This document shows, piece after piece, positions 19,664 to 28,884 of a stretch of 64,000 nucleotides of DNA (position 1 is the first letter of the stretch; every line of letters starts with the position of its first letter). The position numbers and the translations under genes are program-made. Source of the DNA: Minisyncoccia bacterium (GTDB lineage Bacteria > Patescibacteriota > Minisyncoccia > Phycocordibacterales > UBA918); assembly GCA_041738755.1 (NCBI GenBank), contig JBGSPE010000005.1, positions 143,872 to 207,871 on the forward strand. Direction: 5' to 3'. The notes beneath the pieces were generated by a model that saw nothing but the letters and a program-made list of their open reading frames with translations, made no database searches and was not told where the DNA came from.

Positions 19664-20494
19664 ATGTCACGTGCTTCATACAAAATAATTGCTGGAGTAC
19701 TACTCTTTTGGCTTGGGTTCTTTTTAATCCTTCAGGTACTATTCCAACCATCACACAACAGAGACTGGGAAATTGGGCATGAGGCTCTTCCAACAATTTC
19801 CTTTGCTGATGGTACGGTGACGATTGATAACTTCAGAAATTTTGACTGGTACGAGGAATACAAGGCCAATGCAATATACGAAACCATTTCATTTAAAGAA
19901 GAGGATATTCAATCAGTCGATGTCTTTATTTCTAACTTCGCAGAGTTCCAAGGGTTGGCTCATATCTTCTTAAGCTTTGGGTTAAAAAATGGTCAATATG
20001 TCACCGTCTCACTTGAGACACGCCGGGAGAGTGATGAGAAGTTTTCACCCATTCTGGGTATCTTGCGTCAATACGAGATTATCTACGTTGTAGGGTCTGA
20101 ACGTGACTTGGTAGGCGCTCGAACGGGCCCACGTGATGAGCGAGTCTATCTCTATCCGACCAAGGCAACACCTGAACAAGCTAAAAGACTCTTTAGGCTA
20201 CTAGCTGAAGATATTAATACCATCGCTACCGAACCACGGATGTATAACACACTTACTCAAAACTGTACGAATGAAATCACGAGAAGGGTAGAAGAAGTAG
20301 CTGATGTATCATTCCCGTTATCCTGGAAGACCGTGATGCCTGGCTACTTTGATGAAGTTCTCTATGAAATGGGAATCATCGATACGAGTGTACCCTTTGC
20401 AGAGATAAAAGCCGGATATCTCATCGACAATACAACAGTCAACGCTGATTCACCGACCTACAGTGCTGATTTGCGTTCCAAAATAGCCCAGTAA
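19664..20494 (+). CDS. DUF4105 domain protein
   Basis: PSHNRDW, NFRNFDW, AHIFLSFG, S.E.R.E, YNTLTQNCT. Confidence 0.85.
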   Translation: MSRASYKIIAGVLLFWLGFFLILQVLFQPSHNRDWEIGHEALPTISFADGTVTIDNFRNFDWYEEYKANAIYETISFKEEDIQSVDVFISNFAEFQGLAHIFLSFGLKNGQYVTVSLETRRESDEKFSPILGILRQYEIIYVVGSERDLVGARTGPRDERVYLYPTKATPEQAKRLFRLLAEDINTIATEPRMYNTLTQNCTNEITRRVEEVADVSFPLSWKTVMPGYFDEVLYEMGIIDTSVPFAEIKAGYLIDNTTVNADSPTYSADLRSKIAQ

Positions 20495-20542
20495 TGTGTA
20501 TTTACGCTCGAAAGCCCAGTATGCTACAATTCTGGCCTCACA

Positions 20543-20618
20543 GGGCCCTTAGCTCATCCGGTAGAGCGCTTCCATGGCATGGAAGAGGTGAGCGGTTCAA
20601 GTCCGCTAGGGTCCACCA
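20543..20618 (+). tRNA. tRNA-Ala(GGC)
   Basis: GGGCCCTTAGCTCATCCGGTAGAGCG, anticodon arm CTTCC-ATGGCAT-GGAAG, GGTTCAAGTCC, ends CCA; TGcTACAAT -10 upstream. Confidence 0.97.
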
Positions 20619-20622
20619 CGAC

Positions 20623-20666
20623 AAAACAAAACACTACCATTCTTAGGAATGGTAGTGTTTTGTTTT
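20623..20666 (+). terminator. Perfect 20-bp inverted repeat after the tRNA
   Basis: AAAACAAAACACTACCATTC-ttag-GAATGGTAGTGTTTTGTTTT. Confidence 0.8.
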
Positions 20667-20667
20667 A

Positions 20668-21002
20668 GCATCTGCCCTGCGGCAGATGCGTGTCGTGGTG
20701 GAAGACGGAGACATGTCGCTCTGCGACAGTCGAGTCGGGGTCGAGAACACTTAGTAGATTTGGAGCGAAGCGAACAAATATACTTAGTGATTCGTGACCA
20801 CAGAGATATTAAATTATTTTCCCGCGGCACTTGCTAGATTGTGAGTGATAACGAAACAATATAGCTTAGTGACAGTCAGGATCAGTCCGCTAGTGTTGTT
20901 AGAATTGGAGCGATGCGAACAATCATGGTTAGTAACTCGTGACCACAAAAATGCAGCAGATGCGTGTCGTGATGGAAGACGGAGACATTTCGCTCTGCGA
21001 CA
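20668..21002. repeat. tRNA-linked cluster of repeated hairpin modules (A-B-B-B-A)
   Basis: 47-bp repeat at 20682-20728 and 20956-21002 (2 mismatches); related hairpins at 20748-20789, 20828-20871 and 20904-20923. Confidence 0.85.
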
Positions 21003-21069
21003 ATGGTGACTATCTCACCGTTATTTTGAATCAATTCAAATCAATTATTTGTACTGATATACTATCTTC

Positions 21070-21678
21070 ATGCCGATAGGAACGCTACGTTTTCCACCAT
21101 ACAGTAAGATAATAATGTTGAATCTCATTATGATTCTTTTTGCTTTTATGTTTAATTGGTCAGTTGGCTCGATTGCAGTTTCTTACCTGTTGAATGCCAT
21201 AACCATTTCCATAATCGCGATATTTGAGTTTTTTTATTTAGTATTCATTAGGAGAGATGCGCTAAAAAGTACATTTAAGAATAGGACGAACCCACCACGA
21301 ACTCACAAATCCTTCGTGGAAGATTTCTTTGGTTTCACCCTTAGTTTTTGTTTCAGCTATGCAATTATATTTCTTTTCTTTTACAGTGCCTTCCGGCCAC
21401 ACTTTAATACAACGGTTTTTATTTTTGCTGTGATTTATTTTATCAGTCAAACTGTATTAATGATCATCCGGGCTAAGTCTGATACTGAGAAGCATAGAAT
21501 ATTAAGTGAAGAGGCGATTATCCTTGTACCGCACGGTTACCTTGTAACACTGGCATTGATTTTACTACTTTTGGTACCTCTTCAAAACCCTCTAGTAATA
21601 CTTTTTTTTGGTGGTATCACTGACGTTTATGTAGAAGTGTTGAGTAGAAAGTATCGCTATCAAAAGGTCACCAATTGA
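21070..21678 (+). CDS. Integral membrane hypothetical protein (possibly DUF6498-like)
   Basis: Multi-TM, F/I-rich, AT-rich; extended -10 six nt before ATG. Confidence 0.6.
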   Translation: MPIGTLRFPPYSKIIMLNLIMILFAFMFNWSVGSIAVSYLLNAITISIIAIFEFFYLVFIRRDALKSTFKNRTNPPRTHKSFVEDFFGFTLSFCFSYAIIFLFFYSAFRPHFNTTVFIFAVIYFISQTVLMIIRAKSDTEKHRILSEEAIILVPHGYLVTLALILLLLVPLQNPLVILFFGGITDVYVEVLSRKYRYQKVTN

Positions 21679-21769
21679 GAAATTTAGTCAACAATAAAGC
21701 ACTAATTGTGTAGCGGTTTATACTTTTTGTAATTCATTATTATATAACTGTAATCTACCTGTCACCGAT

Positions 21770-22417
21770 TTATTGAAGTGCTTCTTTTAGAAATTCGAAT
21801 CCTTCATTATGAATAGTGTGTCCAAGGTCTGAGTACAGACGCAGTGTGACATCGGCACGATGTTCACGTAAATAGTTAGCGGTTGTAGTGACTCGTTGCT
21901 TGGGAATATGGAAATCGTTCTCATCACATCCTATATACAGAGGCGTACCTGCCAATGAACCCTCTATGTTTTGAGTAACTTCAGCTTCGCTCCCAATCAG
22001 GCCACCGCTAGAAATCGCTACACCGAGGTAATGCCTTGGATTTTGCTTTACAAATTCAGCAACCAAACAGGCTCCTTGAGAAAAACCACCCAGAGCAATG
22101 TGATTATGAGGAATTTTATATTGAGTATGTATAAATGTAATGAGTGAAGATATACGCTCTAAGGAGGAATGTAAATCAGGCTGATTGGCCTCTTGTGGCT
22201 CAATAAATCGTTCGGGGTACCACGTATTTCTCGCTGCTTGAGGAGCTAGCACAAGCAAATCCTTGGGTACGTCAAAGTGAGTTGTAATACTTAGGATATC
22301 TTCAGCGGTTGCTCCACGACCATGAAGTAACAGTAGTGCTTTTTGTGGGTTAACTGTATTGCCTATAACTAATACAACCTGGTCTCCGTGTGGCAACATC
22401 GAATTAGGAATCTTCAT
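21770..22417 (-). CDS. Phospholipase/carboxylesterase (alpha/beta hydrolase, MhqD-like)
   Basis: LLHGRG, GFSQGA nucleophile elbow, D.HIP, GHTI; adjacent to a ring-cleaving dioxygenase. Confidence 0.9.
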   Translation of the reverse strand: MKIPNSMLPHGDQVVLVIGNTVNPQKALLLLHGRGATAEDILSITTHFDVPKDLLVLAPQAARNTWYPERFIEPQEANQPDLHSSLERISSLITFIHTQYKIPHNHIALGGFSQGACLVAEFVKQNPRHYLGVAISSGGLIGSEAEVTQNIEGSLAGTPLYIGCDENDFHIPKQRVTTTANYLREHRADVTLRLYSDLGHTIHNEGFEFLKEALQ

Positions 22418-22418
22418 A

Positions 22419-23379
22419 CTATTTTTTATCTCGAGGCAATGTAAGGGGTATCAAATTAGCTTCAATTTTCTGACGATACGGTTCGTATTGGGGAGGAAGT
22501 ACAAGATTTTCTCCCAACTCAGCCGCTGGCTCATCAACGGTAAAGCCAATATCATCAGTGGCAATTTCAAAGAGTATTGAGGCTGGTGTCATAAAATAGA
22601 CTGAGTAAAAATACTTTCGGTCAATTAAACCAGTAGTGTCGACTCCGAGGTTTTGAATTTGTTCACCAAGGGCCATAAGTTCCGTATCAGTCTCAACTTG
22701 AAAAGCAATGTGATGAACTGAACCAGCACCTTGTCGAGCAGGAGGGAGATTGGGAGACTGCTTTGTGGCAAGGAATTTTCCAGGCCACGATGTTGCTTCA
22801 TACCTTGTAACACCATCTCTCGTTTCGACTTCAGTGTAGCCAAGTCCGTCGGTCAAGACTGGAGCAATAGAGATGTTATCGGGTATGGTAAGGAGTGCTC
22901 CGTAAAAACCACGTAAGCTGTGCTCATGAGGAATGGGGCCGTTTACCCAGTATTCGACAGCGTCCTCCACGACTGCCTCGACTAGTCCAATTTTGAGTCC
23001 AAATTTTGAGTCCATCCGGGTCTTTTATCATCAGACATTTTTCTCCAAACGGTAGCTGCTTTTCATCATAAAAAACTTCATGAACGTCGGCACGCTCTTT
23101 CCAATACCCGATTGAACCGGTCGGGATAGCATAATAGATACTGTCCACTTCACCACTACCACTCGTTCCATCAGGAATACCTGCCCAATAAAAGAACGTG
23201 AGTGCGGTACCTGGAGAGCCAACAGCATCACCGTAGTAAAGGTGATAGGCGCTCGGATCATCAAAATTTACCGTTCTTTTTATAAAACGTTGCCCTAAAA
23301 ATCCTTCATAGAAGTCGAGGTTTGCTTGGGGGTCGCTCGTGATAGCCGTGATGTGATGAAGACCTTTCGTTTTTATCAT
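22419..23379 (-). pseudogene. Ring-cleaving dioxygenase/glyoxalase (MhqO-like), frameshifted
   Basis: N-half GLHHITA...TVNFDDP..YHLYYGD and C-half HHIAF...DRKYFYSVYF...LFEIATD lie in different frames; a 13-bp tandem duplication at 22989-23014 explains the shift. Confidence 0.88.
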
Positions 23380-23485
23380 TACCAAATTGTATTAGAATAG
23401 CAACCACAAGACAATCTATACGTACTGTGAACCGAGTTTTTCTAGACATTGAGCAACACCAATCTATAGTGATACACTTATTAAC

Positions 23486-23713
23486 ATGGAAAATCCTAAA
23501 AGTTACGCTGAGTCGATTGAAGCAATCGCTCACAGTGAATACGTAAAAACTGAAACAGAACTGTCAGAAGCAGTAAAAGAATTAAGTCGCCTGACAGAAG
23601 CAGGAAATTATGATGACGTACCATTTGAATTAGTCGATAAAATTACTGAATTACAAGATGAACTGGGTGTAAGGCTAAAGGACTGGCTAGAGTCCATGGG
23701 TCTAGATCAGTAA
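23486..23713 (+). CDS. Small acidic helical hypothetical protein
   Basis: 75 aa; TGaTACACT seven nt before ATG. Confidence 0.6.
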   Translation: MENPKSYAESIEAIAHSEYVKTETELSEAVKELSRLTEAGNYDDVPFELVDKITELQDELGVRLKDWLESMGLDQ

Positions 23714-23784
23714 CTCTATTTATTGACATAATCAAAAAAGTTGGCATTATACAATTTGGATTTGTTCATACCGGAGACTAGATA

Positions 23785-24036
23785 ATGTCTTTTTTCACCG
23801 CAGGACTGATATTCACAGCTATCTGCACATCGCTCATAGTTGTATCAATTTTGATTTTTCTATACACATACTTTGGAAAAGCTCAGAAAAAGTTAGTCAT
23901 TTACAATAATAAAATGACTAACAAGCAGTTCGATTTCTTTGAAGCCACAATGGTTGGCATCGTACTTGGAACCGTCGGTTCATTCTTTGCTGCGCTAATC
24001 TGCTTTGCAATTGCCTTGTATTATCAAGTGATGTAA
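23785..24036 (+). CDS. Small two-TM membrane protein
   Basis: TTGACA-16bp-CATTAT promoter, GGAG SD, downstream GC hairpin with T run. Confidence 0.6.
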   Translation: MSFFTAGLIFTAICTSLIVVSILIFLYTYFGKAQKKLVIYNNKMTNKQFDFFEATMVGIVLGTVGSFFAALICFAIALYYQVM

Positions 24037-24149
24037 GTAAGAGCCTCACAAGCTATGAAAGTCCCCACGACTTCACAACTCGCGGGGCTTTTTTCAAAGT
24101 TAAAAGGCTGTGGGTGTAGATATAAAGCAAGAGATGCTACCATTATGTA

Positions 24150-24440
24150 ATGGATACAACATACGTGATTATCGGAGTATTAGTTGCAATCAACCTTTTT
24201 GCGTTCATAGTGACCTGGAATGATAAGCGTAAGTCCGTAGAAGGTGCTCACCTTGACCGAACACCAGAAGGACTCCTGTTCTTTTTCGCCGCCGCGTTCG
24301 GAAGTGTCGGCGTCTACCTCGCCATGCAACTCTTTCGTCACAAAACAAAAAAGTGGTATTTTCAACTTGGTATTCCACTGCTCATTCTCCAGAATGCTGC
24401 CACTATCTATTTGGTTGTAGAAATTTACCTACAGGTTTAA
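24150..24440 (+). CDS. DUF1294 family membrane protein
   Basis: N..AF.....DKRK, R.PE..L...A..FGS.G...AM..FRHKTKK..F. Confidence 0.88.
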   Translation: MDTTYVIIGVLVAINLFAFIVTWNDKRKSVEGAHLDRTPEGLLFFFAAAFGSVGVYLAMQLFRHKTKKWYFQLGIPLLILQNAATIYLVVEIYLQV

Positions 24441-25130
24441 TAACTCCTTCAACTTTTTATAACAATCAAGGTGGTCATCAACCGGGACAGTTTCGATAAC
24501 ACCGATGACAGCCTCGTCATTACCGCCAGGGAACAGGCCGTCGCCGAAGTAGATACACTCATCGGGGTTCCACTTCATGAAATCAATCAGCTTTTGGACA
24601 TTGGTACCTTTATGGCGGTCTTTGTGGATGTAGTCAAGACTGGTTGAGCCACCAATCTTTACAATTAAATCTTCTGAAGCAAAGGGGATTTTATCCAAGA
24701 GAGAATTACGTTTTTCTCTAGTAGGGTCGTAGACTTGCTTCAATTCGACTGGGGCAGTATTACCAATCGGACTAAAGGTAATCTGCGCGCCTCGATCTTC
24801 AATCGGGTTCCAGTCGAGATTAATGTCATGGTCGAGGATCTCGATGATTTCACTGATGTGGTCGAGAATCTCGGTGCGGTGATGAGGGTCGAGGGGAATA
24901 TTCCAGAGAAGGGTACCATCAAGAGCGAGAGCGTGATTACCGTTTTGACCAAGTACAAACGCCGGAAGGTTGTTACTTTGCCATTTTATTTTCTCGGTTT
25001 CCTGGCCAGAGACAATGATAATGTCGTGTGGAAGTGAGGTGAGAAGGTCGTACATCTCTTGTAAAATCGGCTGTCGTGCCGGGGCAATGGTCTGGTCCAT
25101 ATCAAAGAAAAGGTGGCGGTATTGTGTCAT
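24429..25130 (-). CDS. HAD-IIB hydrolase, phosphomannomutase (PMM)-like
   Basis: FFDMDQT, IEDRGAQITFSPIG, IGGSTSLD, KG, YFGDGLFPGGND. Confidence 0.85.
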   Translation of the reverse strand: MTQYRHLFFDMDQTIAPARQPILQEMYDLLTSLPHDIIIVSGQETEKIKWQSNNLPAFVLGQNGNHALALDGTLLWNIPLDPHHRTEILDHISEIIEILDHDINLDWNPIEDRGAQITFSPIGNTAPVELKQVYDPTREKRNSLLDKIPFASEDLIVKIGGSTSLDYIHKDRHKGTNVQKLIDFMKWNPDECIYFGDGLFPGGNDEAVIGVIETVPVDDHLDCYKKLKELLNL

Positions 25131-25207
25131 AGTGTCTCTAGCATAGCCGATATCTTAGACACAGTAAATCAATTCGTATGGGACGGGGCTCTGCTACAAT
25201 GAGGTAT

Positions 25208-25723
25208 ATGACAGTATTCATAGGTTTGATTAGTATTTTGCAGTCATTTGCAATCTCGCTTGGTGTAGGTTCTTCGACGTTGGCTATTATTAATTTCTTC
25301 GTGGCTATCTTTGATGGCAAAATTGACGAGACCGAACGAAAAATGATGGGCGTGGCATACATTATCCTACGGGTAGCAATGGTTGTAATCCTTGTCACAA
25401 CTATCTCTCTGCTCGCGCTCGAGAGTGCTGGACGTGGCGTCTATGGCTTGAGCGCCTTCTCCTTTGCGCAGTTAATTATCATCGCTGTACTCTTCTTAAA
25501 CGCTATCCTCATGACAGCGAGACTGATGCCAAGTACCTTTGGTCCTGCTATTCAAGCTGGGAGCTGGTATGCACTCGGAACTCTCGCTGCCTTCGTGCCA
25601 CTCGGACTGACTGGCTTTTCCATCACGCAATTCCTCCTTGGCTACCTCACCTGGGTCGTACTCGCTACATCTATCGTTAATGGTGTGATGTCACTGATTA
25701 AACACCGAAAGCGGATTACTTAG
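25208..25723 (+). CDS. Multi-TM hypothetical protein
   Basis: Hydrophobic ORF; start placed at ATG 25208, seven nt after TGcTACAAT. Confidence 0.7.
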   Translation: MTVFIGLISILQSFAISLGVGSSTLAIINFFVAIFDGKIDETERKMMGVAYIILRVAMVVILVTTISLLALESAGRGVYGLSAFSFAQLIIIAVLFLNAILMTARLMPSTFGPAIQAGSWYALGTLAAFVPLGLTGFSITQFLLGYLTWVVLATSIVNGVMSLIKHRKRIT

Positions 25724-25731
25724 GTGAAGTT

Positions 25732-25772
25732 AAAAGAAAACCGCAGTCCCAGAGGGACTGCGGTTTTCTTTT
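25732..25772. terminator. Bidirectional terminator between convergent genes
   Basis: AAAAGAAAACCGCAGTCCC-aga-GGGACTGCGGTTTTCTTTT. Confidence 0.85.
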
Positions 25773-25783
25773 GTTCAATCTGT

Positions 25784-28700
25784 CTAGCTTCGAACCTTAC
25801 CTGGGTATTTGAGATAGATGATAGGTACCAAGACGAGCGTAATAACGACTGAGAACGTAAGTCCGAAGATAATCGCAGTCGCGAGTGGAATCCACAAGTC
25901 ATCGGTATAGAGGAGCGGAATCATACCAATAACGGTCGTCAGTGAGGTCAGAAGAATCGGTCGCAGTCGACTAACAGAGGACTCAACTACAATAGTTCGC
26001 ATTGGAGTCTCTGGGGTACGTCGTCGTTCACTGTTCATTTGGTCAATCAAAAGAATTGAGTTGTTTACCACAATTCCAGACAGGGCAATGAATCCCATTA
26101 TAGAAGGGAAAGACAATGCACTTCCAGTCACCGCGAGACCAACCAAAATACCAATGAGTGAAAATGGCAGGATAGAAAGGACGTACGCAGTATGTCGGTA
26201 GGAATCAAATTGGAGTACCAAAACCGTAACCATAAGGAGTACACCGACAACGAGAGCCAAAAAGAGTTCACCAAAGGCTTGGTCAGAATCTTCATTTTCT
26301 CCACCAAGTTCGATGGTGACGTCGCTCGGGATATCGAGCTCAGAATCAATCCGCTCGAGGAGTTCGGTATTGATATCGCGGACAACACCGGTATTGGTGA
26401 TATCTGCACTCACTGAAACAATTCGTGATTGATCTTCGTGATTGATAGCGGTACTTGATTCACGCAAGTTACTCGTAACAAGAGATGAGAGTAGGACCGT
26501 TTCTCCAGTTGGAGTACTAAGTTCAATGTTCTCTAGGGTCGCTAAGGTTGTTCGGTTTGCTTCGGCCGGATCAATGGTTGGGTCGTTGGTAAGGTTAAGA
26601 CGAACTACCACATCAATGTCGTCGGTCACGGTTGTAAGCGACGTTGCATCAGTTCCAAAGACCGCAGAACGCAGCGTCTGTGAGACGACTTGTGGATTTA
26701 AGCCCGCCGCTGAGGTCTTAGCTTTATCAAGGTTTAAGACAATCTCAGTACTGTTGTTATTGGTACTCGTGGTCACGTTGGTAGTGCCTTCAATCGTGTC
26801 GAGCAGTCTAGCGATGTCAACAGCTACGTGATTAAGTTCTTCGAGATCTTCTCCAAGGACACGTACGCCAATTGGTGCGCCAGTAGGCGGACCATTTGAT
26901 GGTTGATTGATAGTAACTTTGAAGTCTTTTATCTCTGCAAATTCTGCTCGCAACATGTCAGACACTTCAGTACTGGTCATGTCTCGCTCCGGAGCAAGGG
27001 CAACGTAAAAGCTCCCGAGCTTTTCGTTTTGTCCACCGGCGCCAAAGATACTGCCAGAACCAACGGTAGCTGAGAACGCTTCAATCACATCCGGGTGACG
27101 GTAGAAGATTTCTTCAACGCGTCGCATGGCGATATCGGTCGTTTCTTTGACTGTGCTTTCTGGGAGTTCCACTTCAACATAAATTCCTGGTACGTCTGAT
27201 TGTTCAAAGAAAATCACTTTTACAAGCCCCAGGGGTACCAAAGCAAGCGAACCAATAAAACCTGCAATCAATAAAGCCAAGAAAGTGGCTTTTCGCTTAC
27301 GAGTATCAAGCAACCAGAGGAGCTTTCCACGGTACCAGTCTTCAAGTTGGTGGCTATATTTAAGTTGCTTCTGTTCAAGCTTTGTTGTACTTCGTCGTCG
27401 TAGGAAGACAGAACTAATGAGTGGAAGGAACCCAAGTGCTACCACGAGTGAAGCAAAGAGAATAAAGACCAGGGTAAATGGAATACCAGCGATAAACTGT
27501 CCGGTCACACCAGAGACAATAAAGAGTCCCACAAACATCGAAACGGTGGTAAGGGTTCCCGCTGTCAGTGGGGCGCTAAATTCTACGACCGCTAAGCGAG
27601 CTGCTTCAGACTTATCCATGGTTGGATTGTCCTTCATGTTTTTGTTGATAGCTTCAACAACTACAATGGCGGTATCAACTAATACTCCGATACCAAGAAT
27701 CAGGGCAAAGAGACTGATGAAGTTGATAGTGTTACCAGACAGGTAGAGTCCAATAAAGCCAATCATGAATGAGAGGGGGATTGAGAGACCAGCAATCAAA
27801 CCTTCACGCCAGCCAATTGCTATGACTAGTACAATAATCACTAGAAAAATAGTCTGAATACCAGAGTTGGTTAAGTTGGTGAGGTCATCTCGAATATCCT
27901 TTCCAGCGTCGAGAATGGTGTACAGCGTAAGACCTTCAAGAAGGCCATTATCACCTTGAAGTGCAGTTAATCGGTCATTTATTTCAGCGGTAAGACGAGT
28001 GATGTCGCCACCGCGCTGTTTATAGACATCAAATGAGACAGCGGCTTGTGATGGTTCTCCGTCAACACTCAAGCGAGAGAGGGTAGTAGCGTCAGTGAGA
28101 CCAACGCGGACGGTAGCCACATCCCGTACATAGACTGGTTGGCCACCAAGGGAGGTGATAGGAACTTGGGCTACACCTTCCGCATTTGGAATATCACCTT
28201 CAAAGACCACGTTGTATGACACATCATCAGTCACAATCTGGCCAATCGGGAACGTGGCATTGGCAGTTCTAATGGCGTTTACCACATCAGAAATAGTCAG
28301 GCCGAAGCGAAGCAAGGCAGTTTGTTCTACCAATACACTTACTTCTTCTTCTCGCACCCCACTTTTTTCAACTCGCGAGACACCACTAATACTCTCAAGT
28401 TCCTTTTCAAGCTCATCTGCTAGTAAGACAAACTCTGCGTCAGTTCGGTCACCAGAGATAGAGAAGGTGAGGATTGGTTGATCAACGAAATCTACTTCAA
28501 TCACTCGCGGATCTTCAGCGTCTTCCGGTAGTTCTGGAATAATCGCATCAACGGCGTCTTTCAGGTCAGTAATAGACTCATCGATATCAGCACTCGCTTC
28601 AAATTCTACCGTGACACTCGAAACACCTTCGCGTGAGGTAGAGGTAATCTTTTTTACATTTTCGAGGTTACCACTTAAGCCTCGTTCAATTTCATTTGTA

Positions 28701-28882
28701 ACGAGAGTTTCAACATCGGTGGCTGGTGCTCCGGGAAGAATAGTAGTGACGATACCAACCGGAATCTGTACTTCAGGAGCTGACTCTTTCGGGATAGCAA
28801 TAATTGAGTACACTCCAACCCCAATGAGAACAAAGATGAGGATGAAACTAAATCGGGTTTTCTGTAAGAAGAAATTCCACAT
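25784..28882 (-). CDS. RND efflux transporter permease (AcrB family)
   Basis: 1032 aa; LVDTAIVVVE, GIVVNNSILL, RLRPILLTSLTT. Confidence 0.95.
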   Translation of the reverse strand: MWNFFLQKTRFSFILIFVLIGVGVYSIIAIPKESAPEVQIPVGIVTTILPGAPATDVETLVTNEIERGLSGNLENVKKITSTSREGVSSVTVEFEASADIDESITDLKDAVDAIIPELPEDAEDPRVIEVDFVDQPILTFSISGDRTDAEFVLLADELEKELESISGVSRVEKSGVREEEVSVLVEQTALLRFGLTISDVVNAIRTANATFPIGQIVTDDVSYNVVFEGDIPNAEGVAQVPITSLGGQPVYVRDVATVRVGLTDATTLSRLSVDGEPSQAAVSFDVYKQRGGDITRLTAEINDRLTALQGDNGLLEGLTLYTILDAGKDIRDDLTNLTNSGIQTIFLVIIVLVIAIGWREGLIAGLSIPLSFMIGFIGLYLSGNTINFISLFALILGIGVLVDTAIVVVEAINKNMKDNPTMDKSEAARLAVVEFSAPLTAGTLTTVSMFVGLFIVSGVTGQFIAGIPFTLVFILFASLVVALGFLPLISSVFLRRRSTTKLEQKQLKYSHQLEDWYRGKLLWLLDTRKRKATFLALLIAGFIGSLALVPLGLVKVIFFEQSDVPGIYVEVELPESTVKETTDIAMRRVEEIFYRHPDVIEAFSATVGSGSIFGAGGQNEKLGSFYVALAPERDMTSTEVSDMLRAEFAEIKDFKVTINQPSNGPPTGAPIGVRVLGEDLEELNHVAVDIARLLDTIEGTTNVTTSTNNNSTEIVLNLDKAKTSAAGLNPQVVSQTLRSAVFGTDATSLTTVTDDIDVVVRLNLTNDPTIDPAEANRTTLATLENIELSTPTGETVLLSSLVTSNLRESSTAINHEDQSRIVSVSADITNTGVVRDINTELLERIDSELDIPSDVTIELGGENEDSDQAFGELFLALVVGVLLMVTVLVLQFDSYRHTAYVLSILPFSLIGILVGLAVTGSALSFPSIMGFIALSGIVVNNSILLIDQMNSERRRTPETPMRTIVVESSVSRLRPILLTSLTTVIGMIPLLYTDDLWIPLATAIIFGLTFSVVITLVLVPIIYLKYPGKVRS

Positions 28883-28884
28883 AC

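Noticed and set aside
20668-21002. CRISPR array
   Set aside because: The repeats are of two different types, degenerate and irregularly spaced, with no constant repeat-spacer period and no cas genes nearby.
22924-23015. Programmed ribosomal frameshift or two real genes
   Set aside because: An exact 13-bp tandem duplication fully explains the frame break.
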